Shown: positions 1 to 13,120 of the stretch, piece after piece
How positions within the stretch are numbered: position 1 is the stretch's first letter
Layout of the letters: each line of letters begins with the position of its first letter
Origin: Octopus sinensis
Taxonomy: Eukaryota
Reading direction: 5' to 3'
DNA: 64,000 bases
Assembly (NCBI RefSeq): GCF_006345805.1
Contig: NC_043017.1
Span: 10,106,001-10,170,000, forward strand
Made by a program: the position numbers and the translations under genes
The notes under the pieces: generated by a model
What the model saw: the letters and a program-made list of their open reading frames with translations, nothing else
The model's database searches: none
What the model was told of the DNA's origin: nothing

Positions 1-361
1 AAACAAGTAAAAGAGTATATATATATACCTACGTGAATTGTTTTTGAGTATACATTGTCTGGGAGACTCTTATAGTAAGAGGAAATAGCTAAATTCTTTG
101 GGTGCTATTTCAAAAAGTTCGGTGTGTTGTGAAGTAAATTTTTTGCTGCACTCTATACTAAGTAATGTTAAATATACCGTAAATGGTCTTTACACACTGA
201 ACACTGCTTAGTAAAATTATTAATTAGTAATTAATTAATTTTACCCTTATTATTATATATATATATATATATATTGGCAAGTTAAGCGAAAGCAGGTAAC
301 GCAGAGGAGACGGTGCTCTGTAAACAGTGGCGAGACGGAGGAGGAGGTCGAAGTATTAACC

Positions 362-402
<41 letters not shown>

Positions 403-1379
403 GACAACTACAAACAAAGGCGTGGGAGGAGGATAGACAGGTGAAGAGCCGCCTCCGCCGCCGCCACACTCGCACTTTCCCTTCTTATTTAAAACTTCAC
501 TGAACAGAAAATCTAAATCCCTAAATAAATAATAATAAAGCAAAGGGAGGAATCGGATAGTAAATGTTAGAAGATGTTACAATTTAGCAGCGTGGGGGGG
601 GGTAGGGTAGAGAGTAAACAAGGGAGAAAGAGGGGGGAAATGGGAGGAGAAATAGAGAGGGAAACGGAGAGGACGAGGGAGAGGGGGAGTGGCGAGAGTG
701 TAAGAGAGGAAGAGCGAACGGGTATGGCACGTCTGCATCACCCTCCATCGTCTTCATCACCGGCACACGAAGAAAAATCTGGTGTTTATTTGTTTTGACT
801 GGTTGATTAAGAAACAACGCGGAAATAAATGAGCGGGTATGCGTATACGGGTGGATATGGCTGTGTGTGAGTGCGAGTGAGTGTGTATATGATTATGCGT
901 GCGTTCTTCATAGAAAGATCTCAGAATTACTTCCTGGGAAAACGCATTATCAACCCAAGATTATAAGATTATTAACACTTATGCTAATAAGTGTGTGTGT
1001 GTGTGTGTTAATGTTTGCTTATTGTTTTTAGTTTTTTTTTCTCTTATGTAAAGTTATATAAAAAACAATTTAACACGTCTTAGAAATTATCTATTTGGCG
1101 GTGTGGTAAGAAGTTTGGTTGCCAACCACGGGGTTTCAGGTTCAGTCCCACTGCGTGACACCTAGGGCAAGTATCTCCTGTTACAGTCTCGGGCGAACCA
1201 AAGCTTTGTGAGTGGATTTGGTAGATGGAAACTGAAAGAAGCCTGCCGTATATACGCATATCTATTTGTGCCTGTTTTTGTCCCCCACCCAACCAGAGTG
1301 TTTGCGCCCCTGTAACTTAGTGGTTCGGCAAAAGAGACCAATAAATACCAGGCTTTAAGAGAGAATAAGTACTGAGGTT

Positions 1380-1796
1380 GGATCTTTTCAGTTTGAACGG
1401 CAGTTTTTTAAAATAATTTCCACGTAACTAAACACTTTTATACTTCGTATACTGGTAGGATGTGTTTATAAAACATATTTTTCTCTTGGCTTTATTGAGA
1501 AAATTCTATAGTTTGTAAGATATTTGTTGTTTTTTTTCTTCAATTTCTGCAATTTCAACCAATCACTGACGTTTATTGAGGTAAAAAAAACATTCTGTGC
1601 CGTATGAATATGTTCCTCGTTTAAGAAACAGATTGGGTTTATTTACATTTGTGAAGAAAAAAAGATACCCTTTCCCCCACTCCTAACCCTAACCCTAAAA
1701 CATTGAAATGCAATAGATCGATACTAGGGTCATAATTATGGGTGACAATTTCATATGACACCGCTAGAAAAACTGCCGTTCAAACCGAAAAGATTC
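1380..1796. mobile_element. MITE with ~30-bp TIRs and 8-bp TSD (Merlin-like), inserted in a SINE
   Basis: TIRs GGATCTTTTCAGTTTGAACGGCAGTTTTT / AAAAACTGCCGTTCAAACCGAAAAGATTC; TSD CTGAGGTT. Confidence 0.85.
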
Positions 1797-2140
1797 CTGA
1801 GGTTGATAAATTCGACTAAAAATTCATGCTCTAACCTACATACACACACACACATCAGCTGCTTTGATAACAGTTGATGTTTGTATTCTCCCCAGGGTGT
1901 ACTTTACTTTCAAACGGAGAGACATGACACAAAAATAATTATTTCTAATTTAGGCAACAAGACAAGAACTTTGAATGGAGTGGGGTGGCCGGTTTACATC
2001 GACTCCAACACATTTCTGGTTCTATATTTTATCAACAGCAGAGAGATGAGAGACAAAATTGACCTTGGCAGAATTCAAATTCACAAAGCAAAGCATTGGC
2101 AGAAATGCCACAAGGAATTTTCCTTTCTCAGATGCTTTAA

Positions 2141-2363
2141 CCCTTTCGTTTCCAGCCCAGCTGAAACTGGCTCTGGCTCTGTAGTACAAATGTCTTGTTT
2201 TCATAAGTTTTGTATTAAAATCTTCCACCAAACCTTAGTCACAATTTATCTTCCTAACACCAGCTGAATGATAACTAAGTTATTTTTACTAAATTCTTTG
2301 TTATATTTAAAATTAATTGAAAGAAACACAGAGAATCTCAAAATAAATACAGTAACAAAAGGG
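2141..2363. mobile_element. piggyBac-like MITE (TTAA TSD)
   Basis: TTAA|CCCTTTCGTT...AACAAAAGGG|TTAA; inserted in a SINE. Confidence 0.75.
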
Positions 2364-2622
2364 TTAAAGATTCTGCCCCATCTACTTCTCTTGAGGTATT
2401 AATAATAATAATAATGGTGGTGTCAAATGTTGGCACAAGGCCAGCAATTTCGGAGGAGGAGGCAATTTGATCACACTGACCCCAGTGTTCAACTGGTACT
2501 TAATTTATCAAACTTGAAAGGATGAAAGACAAAGTTGGCCTCAGCGGAATTTAAACTCAGAACATACAGACAGACAAAGTGCCGCTAAGCACATCGTCCA
2601 GTGTGCCAATGATTCTGACAGC

Positions 2623-2657
<35 letters not shown>

Positions 2658-5600
2658 TTCAACTAGCAATAACCATGCCTCAGATTTACCTCATTGGCCA
2701 TGGTACAACCTCTGTGCAAATAATAATAATAATAATAAATGCCCTGTAGCAGTACCAGGCTGTGGTTCTCATGGCTCCTGATCTTAACTGATTGGAAGTG
2801 TTATCATATAAATTGTTTTGTCTTGGTATAAAAGATGGGCTAGAGCAGATATTCTGCTCAATACCACGGATTTGCTTGTCAGTTGTTTGACCTCAACCAG
2901 TTGACCATGTCCCTTGGTGGTTGATGATATGTAAATCTCTGATCACAAGCAGAAGTAGTATGGGAGCATCACAGCCATGTGTTGAAAGGAATCCTTTGGG
3001 GTTTGGATAATTCACCACTGGAAACATGGGCATTTCTGCAAGGTCATGCACTGTTTATATCTTGATATGACATCATCATGTCGTGCACATATGGTTGTGA
3101 TGCATGTGCCTGGTTTGCACTTAACAGACGGGTAGTCGTTAAGGGTATATTGGGCTTCGTATAATTGTACCCCAGTGTCACTCTGATGGCATGCACTGGT
3201 CTCTCACTCAATAATAATAATAATCCTTTCTATTAGAGGCACAAGGTCTGAAATTTTGGGGAGGGAGTAAATTGACCCCCCCCCCCCCGCGTGCATAATT
3301 GGTACTTATTTTATTGACCCTGAAAGGATGAAAGGCAAAGTTGACCTTGGCAGAACTTGAACTCAGAACATAAAAGGCAAATAATAACAATGCTTTCTTT
3401 ATTAAGTAACATTGCAGCATCCCCAGTTTTTGGTGGAGGAAGAAAAAAGGGGCAAGGGGTGGAATGGGTAAAAATAAACAACACAATCGGCACACTATCT
3501 TTGGCCTCCCCATCAAGTCACACCCCCCCACACACACACTCCAGCCCTGACCCAAAAACAGATTCTCCACCCTCCACCCCCACCTGCTGGTCAATCTGAC
3601 AGACATGCAACATTTGAAATGATATATATGTCTAATTAGATAAAAGTACATAAAATTCATCATAACCCCCAAAGTAATCACCACCACCATCACTACCTCC
3701 CACCCCCCCAAATAAAAAAAAAAATAATAATAAAAAGAGACCAACTCAGTATGGAGGAAATGAGGAAAGATAATATATGCCTCCACCATCACCATCACCA
3801 CCACCAAGGCTCGCCATCATCTTACACAAAAACTATTCTGGCGTGATTAAGTCACTGAGATATTAGTAAAAGTTTATCATTTGAACATCAGCAATGGGTG
3901 GGAGGTGGGGGGGTGTCTCCAGCACCCAGTTAATACTAAAGCAGTAAAGCAGGACTTTATCTAACTTTATACCTATATAAGGAGAAACCCCCCATCCAAG
4001 CAAAACTTGGCTTAATTTATTCAGACACATCACACCGGGAGCCTGTTCTAACTCCCATCACTGATTTTGACTATAACGTGTGTGTGTGTGTCTGTGCATG
4101 TGTGTGCTTTTGGATCTGGTGCTGCCTGTTTTATTTTTAAAAGCCAGTTGAAAAAAATTCTCTCTCTCCACCCTCTCATATGATAAAGCTGAAACTTATG
4201 CCCCTGCCATTGTAGTTAGCATTGTTACTTTAGATTATATTTATATATATTATGTGTGTTTGTGTGTGTGCATGTATGGATATACATGGGTGTGTGCATG
4301 TGTATATGTATGTATATATATAAATATACATTATATATATAAGGGAGGATAGCTCTGATTATGCAAATTATGTGTGTGTAATTCATATATATATATATAT
4401 CACGTGACCGACCAGACCATCAGATGTTGTTACACATCGCTGGTCACAATGCGTTCACATTGTTTTAGCCTTCGAATGACGCCACCCCGCTGGCTAAGCG
4501 AGCAGGCCATATATATATATATATATATATATATAGATACATTATATAATATAAATAATATATATATGCATGTATACATACATATATGCACATACATATA
4601 CATGTATATACACATGCATATATGGGTACAGGATGTCATAGAAGGTAAACAACACGAAATACAAATATATCTATATGTCCCTGTAACTTAGTGAAGGTGC
4701 ATGGCTTTGTGGTTAGGATGTTGCACTCATGATTGTGAGATTGTGGGTTCGATTCCCAGACTGGACGTTGCATTGTGTTCTTGAGCAAAGCACTTCATTT
4801 CATGTTGCTCTGCGATCATTTCGACATCTGACATGTGGCACCCATTGCACCTGTACAAGTAATGTCAATTTGATGGAGGGAGCAAGCTTATGTCTACACA
4901 AACATTTGATGGCTGTAAATAAATTATCAGCATGGTTGTTTGGTAAGAAATTGTCAAACCCTCATACGTTGTCTAACGACGGGAGAGTCTATTATCATAT
5001 ATACAGACATGCAGTTGGAGCCTGGACAGCTCCCTGCTAGCTAGCTCCATGTCAAACTGTCCAACCCATGCCAGCATGGAAAGCGGACGTTAAACGATGA
5101 TGATGATGATGATGATACATGCAGGTGTGGCTGTGAGGTAAGGAGTTTGCTTCACAACTACATAGTTCCAGGTTCAGTCCCACTGCCTGGTACTTTGGAC
5201 AAGTGTCTTCTACAATAGCTTTGGGTCGACCAAAGCCTTGTGAGTGAATTTGGGAGATGGAAACAGAAAGAAGTCTATCATGTGAGTATAAATATGTGTG
5301 TGTGTGTGTGTGTGTGTTAGTTTGTTTATGTCCCTGTAACTTAGCAGCTCACCAAAAGAAACCAATTGAATAAGTGTCAGGCTGAAAAAACCTTAAGTGC
5401 TGGGGTTGATTCACCCAACTAAAATTCCTTGAGGTGGTGCTCCAGTATGGTCGCAGTCTAATGACTGAAACAAGTGATTAAGAGAAAAAAAAACAAAAAG
5501 AAAAGATACATCACACACACACACAATTACTCTTTGCTGCTTTTATTTAAAGTATATATTCTACCTGTCTTTTTTTATGGGGAGAGGGGGGGATAGTTTC

Positions 5601-8187
5601 AGCAAAGCCTTGAGAATAGGGTGAATCAAAGAAAGGGACAAACATAACCCGTATGTGAGTGTGTGAACCTTCTGATTTGTTTGGGAAGCTTTCTAAGATC
5701 CCTACACACAGCAGTTGGCTGAGTTATGTTGAGGCAGATTTCCTATGGCCGGATGCCCTTCCTGTCGCCAACCTTCACCTGTGTCCAAGCAAGGTACTAT
5801 TTCCCCCATGGCCAGACATGTCTTTCATGGAAGATTGTGAATGAAGGACACTGCTTGCATGCAGGTGACACTCGTTTTGCAACTAACACATCCAGTCAAG
5901 ACTAGGAAACAAATCTGAAATACCTGCACACACATCTTGGTGTGATTACTTCCCTGTAACCATGCAGTTCGGCAAAAAGAGACTGACAGAATAAGTACCA
6001 TGTTCAGAAAAATGGGTACTGGGGTTGATTTGTTCGACTAAAAATTCATCAAGGCATTGTCCCAGCCTGACGAGTCTAGTGACTGAAACATGTAAAAGAT
6101 AAAAGTATTGTGCAAGTGACGATGACCATAGCAATATGCTGTGCTTGAGCAGGACCATCAAGCCAAGTGAAGTTGTGGTTGTGGCCAATGCTGGTGTCAT
6201 GTAACTGGCACCTGGGCTGGTGTCATGTAACTGGCACCTGTGCTAGTGGCATGTAAAAAGCATCCATCTCACTCTCAGAGTGGTTGGCATTAGGAAGGGT
6301 GTCCAGCTGTAGAAACCCCGTCAAATCAGATTGGAACCTGGTGTAGCCCTACTTAGAATGATATGGAAGAATATTCTTTTCTACCCTAGACACAAGGGCC
6401 GAAATTTTGGGGGAGGAGGCCAGTTGATTAGATCGACCCAGTACGCAACTGGTACTTAATTTATCAACCCCGAAAGGATGAAAGGCAAAGTCAATCTCGG
6501 CGGAATTTGAACTAAGCATTTTGCCTGGTGTGCTAACGTTTCTGCCAGCTTGCCGCCTTAAGCAAACGAAATATTGCAAGATATATAAGTCTGATGTTTT
6601 ATAAATTGTATTAGACGCTGACCTACTTGAAATTCTTAAGAAATATTAAATATAAGCTAATTATGAAGGTGAAAGGAATCCCCAGCACTTCACACACAAA
6701 AAAAGAAAAGCCAAGGGACGTAACTCTATATAGCTAGAAGGGAGACGAAAATGATTGGAGCCGATCTAGGCATTTCATTTACATTCTCCCTAAATTCTTA
6801 ATTAATAATTCAAACTAACGAGAGAGTTTATATGTGGTTGCTAGAAATAGCAGTAATGTCAGGGAATATGGAGTACTGTATATGTCTGTGTAAAAAAATA
6901 TTTTTTAAGCAATTAAGGTTAAATTTATGGGATCAGCTATTACTACATTTGAGGGGCTGGAATCCATGCTAGACCCCAAAATACTGTATTAGTAGGGTTA
7001 AGGTTGAATGATCCCTAAACACGACAAAAAGTTACAGCAATACCAACTTTATGCATCTGAACACTTGTCTGATTAGTAACAAATGTAAATAAGATTGTTC
7101 CCCAACCAGACAGTTCTGGGTTCAGTCCCACTACAGGGCATCTAGGGCAGGCATGTATCTTCTACTGCAGCCATGAGCCAACCAAAACTGGATTTGACAA
7201 ACGGAAATTGGAAGAAACCCATGATGTGCTGTGTGTGAGTGTGTGTCTTTGCATCTCCTTTTGACATGGTGTCATCATCATCATTTAACATCTGCAATTG
7301 TTGTGAGTGCTACTGTCATTCATTTCTGATATCCTGTGAAAACATGTCAAGCTACAAGAAAATATTATCTTGCTTGGAATCATGAAAAGCATCCAGCTGT
7401 AGAAAATCTATCTGCCTCAATAATAAACTCCCTCCAACCCATGCCAGCATGGAAAAGTGGACGTTAAGCAATAGTGATGATAATATTTTAATTGGACCCA
7501 TCACACTCCACAGAATAGCTTAGAGAAATCAATTTACATCTCATAATTATTGTACAACACCACTAACATATCTGTTTCTTTATTACCCACAAGGGGCTAA
7601 ACATAGAGGGGACAAACGGATTAAGTGGATTACATCAACCCCAGTGCTTAACTGGTACTTAATTTATCGACCCCGAAAGGATGAAAGGCAAAGTCGACCT
7701 CGGCGTGATTTGAACTCTGAACGTAATGGCAAACGAAATACGGCTACGCATTTCGCCCGGCGTGCTAACGTTTCTACCAGCTTGCCGCCTTATAACCACT
7801 AACATATCATAATAATATGCAAATGGTTGATGACTGCTTGACCACTAGTGTATTTAACAGCATCTTTTGGTGTTTTGCACCATAACTCTTCAGCCATTAT
7901 TTTCATGTATTTGTGATTAAATTCATATTCATCACAGATACAGTTTTTCAGTGGAGTTTATGTCGTTAAACACTACAAGTAATAAAGCATGTAGAAACGC
8001 ATCACTCTCAACACAAATACAGTGGAATCTCGATTTATGAATTTTAATTCATTTTTGAAGGTTGTTCATCACCTGAAGTAGTTATAAATCAAAACTATTT
8101 TTCCCACAGAAAATTCAAGGGAAGACAGCAAATTCAAGCACTGAAAGTGATCATATGATTGAAATCTCAAAGCTATGAGATAATATA

Positions 8188-8415
8188 GCGGCGAGCTGGC
8201 AGAAATGTTAGCACGCCGGGCGAAATGCGTTGCCGTATTTCGTCTGCCGTTACATTCCCAGTTCAAATTCCGACAAGGTTGACTTTGCCTTTCATCCTTC
8301 CGGGGTCGATAAATTAAGTACCAGTTACGCATTGGGTCAATATAATCGACTTAATCCCTTTGTCTGTCCTTGTTTGTCTCCTCTGTGTTTAGCCCCTTGT
8401 GGGTAGTAAAGAAAT
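8188..8415 (+). mobile_element. SINE family B (tRNA-like head; central GTCGACTTTGCCTTTCATCCTTTCGGGGTCGATAAA domain)
   Basis: Head GGCGGCGAGCTGGCAGAA...GAGTTCAAATTCC. Other copies at about 2420-2625, 3225-3375, 6374-6557, 7574-7789, 16980-17190, 23275-23452, 45090-45245, 51850-52050, 58004-58210. Confidence 0.85.
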
Positions 8416-8606
8416 ATATGAGATAATACACAATTCATTCAAAACAGTGTAAAGAAATAAGCATTACATTTGACAGATTGATCTGAATGCTAAAGGGTTA
8501 CAGTGTACCCTGTGATTATAATGTAACCTTATTGACCCCTAGCGCACCCAAGACCACCCCTGGTCCTATGATAAAAACTTCCTTGTTTAAAGTGATCTAA
8601 ATGAAG

Positions 8607-8964
8607 CATTTGACTGCGGCCATGCTGGAATACCGCCTTTAGTCGAGCAAATCGACCCCAGGACTTATTCTTTGTAAGCCTAGTACTTATTCTATCGGTC
8701 TCTTTTGCCGAACTGCTAAGGGGACGTAAACACACCAGCATCGGTTGTCAAGCGATGTTGGAGGCACAAACACACACACATATATAAATATACATATATA
8801 CGACGGGCTTCTTTCAGTTTCCGTCTACCAAATCCACTCACAAGGCATTGGTCGGCCCGAGGCTTTAGTAGAAGACACTTGCCCAAGGTGCCACGCAGTG
8901 GGACTGAACCCGGAGCCATGTGGTTGGTAAGCAAGCTACCTACCACACAGCCACTCCTGCGCCT
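8607..8964 (-). mobile_element. SINE family A (tRNA-like head, CORE-like CCTTGGGCAAGTG, internal (TA/TG)n)
   Basis: Head GGCGCAGGAGTGGCTGTGTGGTA..GGTTCAGTCCC with A/B-box-like motifs. Many other copies, e.g. 1097-1830, 5118-5490, 9672-9990, 11252-11600, 13525-14120, 24525-24760, 32560-32943, 33930-34270, 37170-37470, 46828-47397. Confidence 0.85.
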
Positions 8965-11900
8965 TAGATAAAATATAACCCTCAAGGTTAGACGGGCGTG
9001 AAAATAATAAAAAGATTGCGCATTTTTCTTTCGGACACTCTAACGAACAACTGTCAGATAAAAAAAAAAAAACGAAGCTAATTATTAAATACAGATTATG
9101 CAAGCAAGTAATAATGAAATTGTTGACTACGTAATGTCCGGTGGCTCAGTCCAAACAAAATACGAAAGTACAAGCAGAAACGATCGAGTCATCAATTCTG
9201 ACCATCCATTCAATGGACAAATATGCTGAAGTTACCACATGAAACAATAGCCACTGCTGTCACGTGATTCGTTTGTTTACATAGCAACGCAAAGTAAACA
9301 AATGCATCTGGTTGGTCAGCTGTATCCATAGCAACTTCGTTTAAACAAAACCGTAAACATCTCGATCGGCGACTCTCATTCCAGTTAGCAACTCGGATCA
9401 AATGGAATATTTCAAACTGTCTCATCGTAATCGTTCAATCTGTAACTCGTCACAAAAATTCATATGATTTCTATTTCCCCCGAGAACGATTTTTTATGCA
9501 TTGATTAGAATTCTTAGGTTTTGGATGACATCTGATTGTATCATGGCAATCTTTATAAATTCCAACAGCTTCTCAAGTCAACCAGAACCTGTTCAGCTTA
9601 ACCTCATAACCTCTGGGTAATAATTCCCACGTAATAATACCACAGGGTCTTATCTGTAGCCTTCTCATCACAGGTGAAGGTGTGGTAGGGAGCTTGCTTT
9701 CCAACCATATGATTCCGAGTTCAGTTCTATGGCATCTTGTACTAAAGCCCCAGGTCGACCAAAGCCGTGTCAGTAGATTTGGTAGACGGAAACTGAAAAA
9801 AGCCCGTCGCGCGCTTGACAGCCGGTGATGGTTTGTTTACGTCCCTGTGATTTAGCAGTTCGGAAAAAAGAATCCGATAGACTATAAGCACCGGACTTTA
9901 AAAAAAAAGTATTGGGGTCGATTCGTTCGACTAAGCCCTCCAAGGTGGTGCTTCAGCAAGGCCGTTGTTCAAACAAGTAACTGATAAAAGCTCTAGGACG
10001 TTTTTAGGAATATTAAATCCATCTCATTTTATCGGCCGGCCCTTAAAAAAAAAAAAAAAAAGGAAGATGTAGCTGACATTGTCAGGATTTGAACCCTGTG
10101 CATCTTCTGACGATCTCGCGATTTTGTCAGTCAAGGTCTTCAAAATACTGACATTTACTTCGACCCAGCAGAGCATATGTCCAACCACCACCGAGGGACG
10201 ACGAGATAAATAGTGGAGCTGTGTATCGAAGTGTATCCAATATGTCGCACCTTTTTCTTAAAGAAGATTAAAAAAGGCGTGGTTCGAGGGGAATATTTGT
10301 TTTTAGCTGCTATTTATAACAAGCGATCGACCACGTGGCATAACGGGAGCTTTTACGGTTCTGATCTCATCAGATCATTTTAATTCTATTTAGCTTTTCA
10401 CACTCAATTTTCATCTTTTCCGAAATGCTTACGTCTTTTGTTGTTCTAAATTCACATCCCAACCTCTTTCCAGCACCCTTCGATGGCATCAATAAAAATA
10501 ACAACCAGTCAAATATCGAAAGAGATTTTCTATATTCTTATGAAAAATGTCAGTTTAAGGAAGGGAGACAACTTTATTGAAGCTCTTCAAAAACAAAGGA
10601 AACAATTATCTAGTTATGTCAAAAGACGTCTAGACTACAGCTGCTTATATTTTGATAGTTGTTTGATATATCCCATTCCTTTTGAAGTTTTAGGTCCTTT
10701 ATTTTTTCCAAATACAAAATAACCATTTAAATTTGTTTAATACAAGGTGTCCGTTGGTCGTTAATACACGTAAGAGACGGGGCGGGGTGAGAGTATTTCA
10801 AAGCGTTGTCAATAGAAAAAGCGAAATAAAACCGAGGATGAAATGAAAAACGAAATTGTATTGTTCACTCAAGTTTCTTTTAATTAGCACATTGTATTTA
10901 CAGGCTAATCAGACGAACAAGTAGGGCAACACACACACACACATTACGTAAGAGCTAGATAGTTTCATGCTGTGGAAACACGATAAATTTATACCACGTG
11001 TCTTCTGTTTCCGAACAAATTTTTAGGCTCAATACACTGAGTGTGAAAGACTGCCTAGAGACACAAGGCACGTTGTATAAATCTACAAATTTTATTGTGT
11101 TTCCATTGCCTGAAACTATCAGTAGCTTTTACTTAAATATTTTGAATATTAAATGATGTTTATCTCTCATTGGATGGAAAAAAATTTTTTTATTGATCCT
11201 AACTACAACGGAACAATAAACACTATATATATATATATATAAACACATATATAGGTGCAGGTGTGGCTGTGTGGTGAGAAGTTTGCTTCCCCAACCGTAT
11301 TCTTTGGTGTTCAGTACCATTGCGTGGCACCTCGGGCATGTATCCTTTACTATAATTCTTTGTTGACCAAAGCTTTGTGAGTTGATTTGATAAACGGAAA
11401 CTGAATGAACCAGTCATATTAATTATGTGTGTGTTTGTGTTTGTCGCCCATCATCGCTTGACAACTTGTGTTAGTTTGTTTACGTCTCAGTAACTTAGCA
11501 GTTCGGCAAAAAGACACCGATCGAGGAGAAGTACCAGGCTTTAAAAGTAATTACTGGGATCGATGTCCGCAGTCCAATGACAAACAAGTAAAGGACAAAA
11601 GATACATAAATGTACGCAGCACCTTGCAAAATAACGATTTTTTTTCAGGCGTGAAGAAGATAGACAAAACGAGATGTGACGATCACTAAAATAACGTCAT
11701 TGAAAAGTGAAGCAAATATTGATATTAACATCAATAAATTATATGAAATAAAGTCACGGCATCGTCAGATACTGAAGACCCATCTTAGACTCTTACGTTG
11801 TCTTTATCCGGTTTAAAATATACACACAATAGGAGCTGAGAATAAAGTTTTCAAATTAATATAAGAAATGCTGTAATAGTATCGGAAACTAAAAGTTGAA

Positions 11901-12578
11901 CCGGGCGAATTAAATAAGGACCCGAGACCAGAATTATCGTTTTGTATTTTATACACAAAATAAAATATAAGTGTCAGAATCAATAGATTTTAAAATACAA
12001 AGACGAATGGACAAACTGAAAAGAAAAAAAAAAGCGCCAACTTGCTTCTCTGCCACCCACGCCTGGTTATCTGGGTGAAGACGCATTTTGTGTTTATTCG
12101 ACCTGTCAATCTACCCCTATATACCAACGCTAAAGCATTCCAGCTAGTTTTCCGCAGTATATTAAATAACAACGGCCCTAAATATTATGCGACCATCCAC
12201 GCTGCAAACACTAATTAGACAGACCTAACGAGGAAGAAGAGGCCGCTTCTTCGTCGTTTGACCTGCTAAATATAGACAAGTGATAGCTCCCGCGCTCTCT
12301 CTACATCCACACCCAATTGTTTTTTTTAATATGTATATATAAAGAATATACTGGAGAGTGTAGTTGTAGATATATGTCTGAAAAATACAAATATAGGACG
12401 GGATACCCCCGCACAGGGGGATACCGGATGAAGACTGCCCTTGGGTTTAACAATATCGTGAAATGTAGAGACTTCGAGAACATAGAATATAAAATGAAAC
12501 GAGACCGGGTTCCCCACTCCCCCGTTGCCTCGTCGTCTCTGGACTCAGGTGTTGAGAGTAATCTAAAGCAGAACTTAC

Positions 12579-12749
12579 CTGGGTTTTAATAAACTGTGGT
12601 GCCAGCGTCAACAGACCTGTTCCTGCTACGAGCGACAAGAAGAAATCAAAATAGTACCAGAATTTCTTGCCCAGGTATAAAAGCAGTATACAATAACAGC
12701 ACACTCCACCGATCACTGGCATAACGTTGATATCCATTTTCTGTGCCAT
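12579..12749 (-). CDS. Probable first coding exon of an uncharacterised membrane protein
   Basis: gcaATGG start; 57 codons MAQKMDINVMPVIGGVCCYCILLLYLGKKFWYYFDFFLSLVAGTGLLTLAPQFIKTQ with two hydrophobic stretches; ends at a perfect donor CAG|gtaagt. Lies in non-repetitive, CpG-retaining DNA. Confidence 0.55.
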
Positions 12750-13120
12750 TGCAAAAGGTTTTACGGAGAATTCTTGCAGAAATTCAAGTGGTTCGATTCT
12801 CCCGCCGGTGTGTCTTGGACAACAGCGAATGTAGTGCTGGTTAAGGTTGACACAAAATTGCGGAACGTAAAAATAAACGGTCACGGTCCTCGAAACAAAG
12901 CTAAGCAATACAAAAGTAACTGTGCATGTCTTATCGTTTTTTATTTTCCCCTTTTCTCTCTTTGATCGTTATTTCACTAACTGCTCTTACAATTTTCGGT
13001 CGTATAGCTTATTAGTCGAGTCAAACGATGCGAATATTGAAGAACTTGTCGTTTCGTTTGAAGTACTTCCATCTGTGTAAACAAACTCCAGAGTTGAGGC
13101 GAAAGTATGGAAGGTAAGAC
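12750..13120. promoter_or_regulatory. Candidate bidirectional promoter region
   Basis: CpG-retaining unique DNA between a minus-strand first exon and a plus-strand strong donor (ATGGAAG|gtaaga, exon end 13113). Confidence 0.35.

Noticed and set aside
1682-1698. CCCTAA repeats as an interstitial telomere
   Set aside because: Only about 3 units, and part of the MITE body.
8188-8270. tRNA-like heads in many places
   Set aside because: They are SINE heads continuing into SINE bodies, with no complete cloverleaf.
9130-9445. Unique minus-strand segment as exon 2 of the membrane-protein gene
   Set aside because: The phase-0 reading from the candidate acceptor stops within a few codons.
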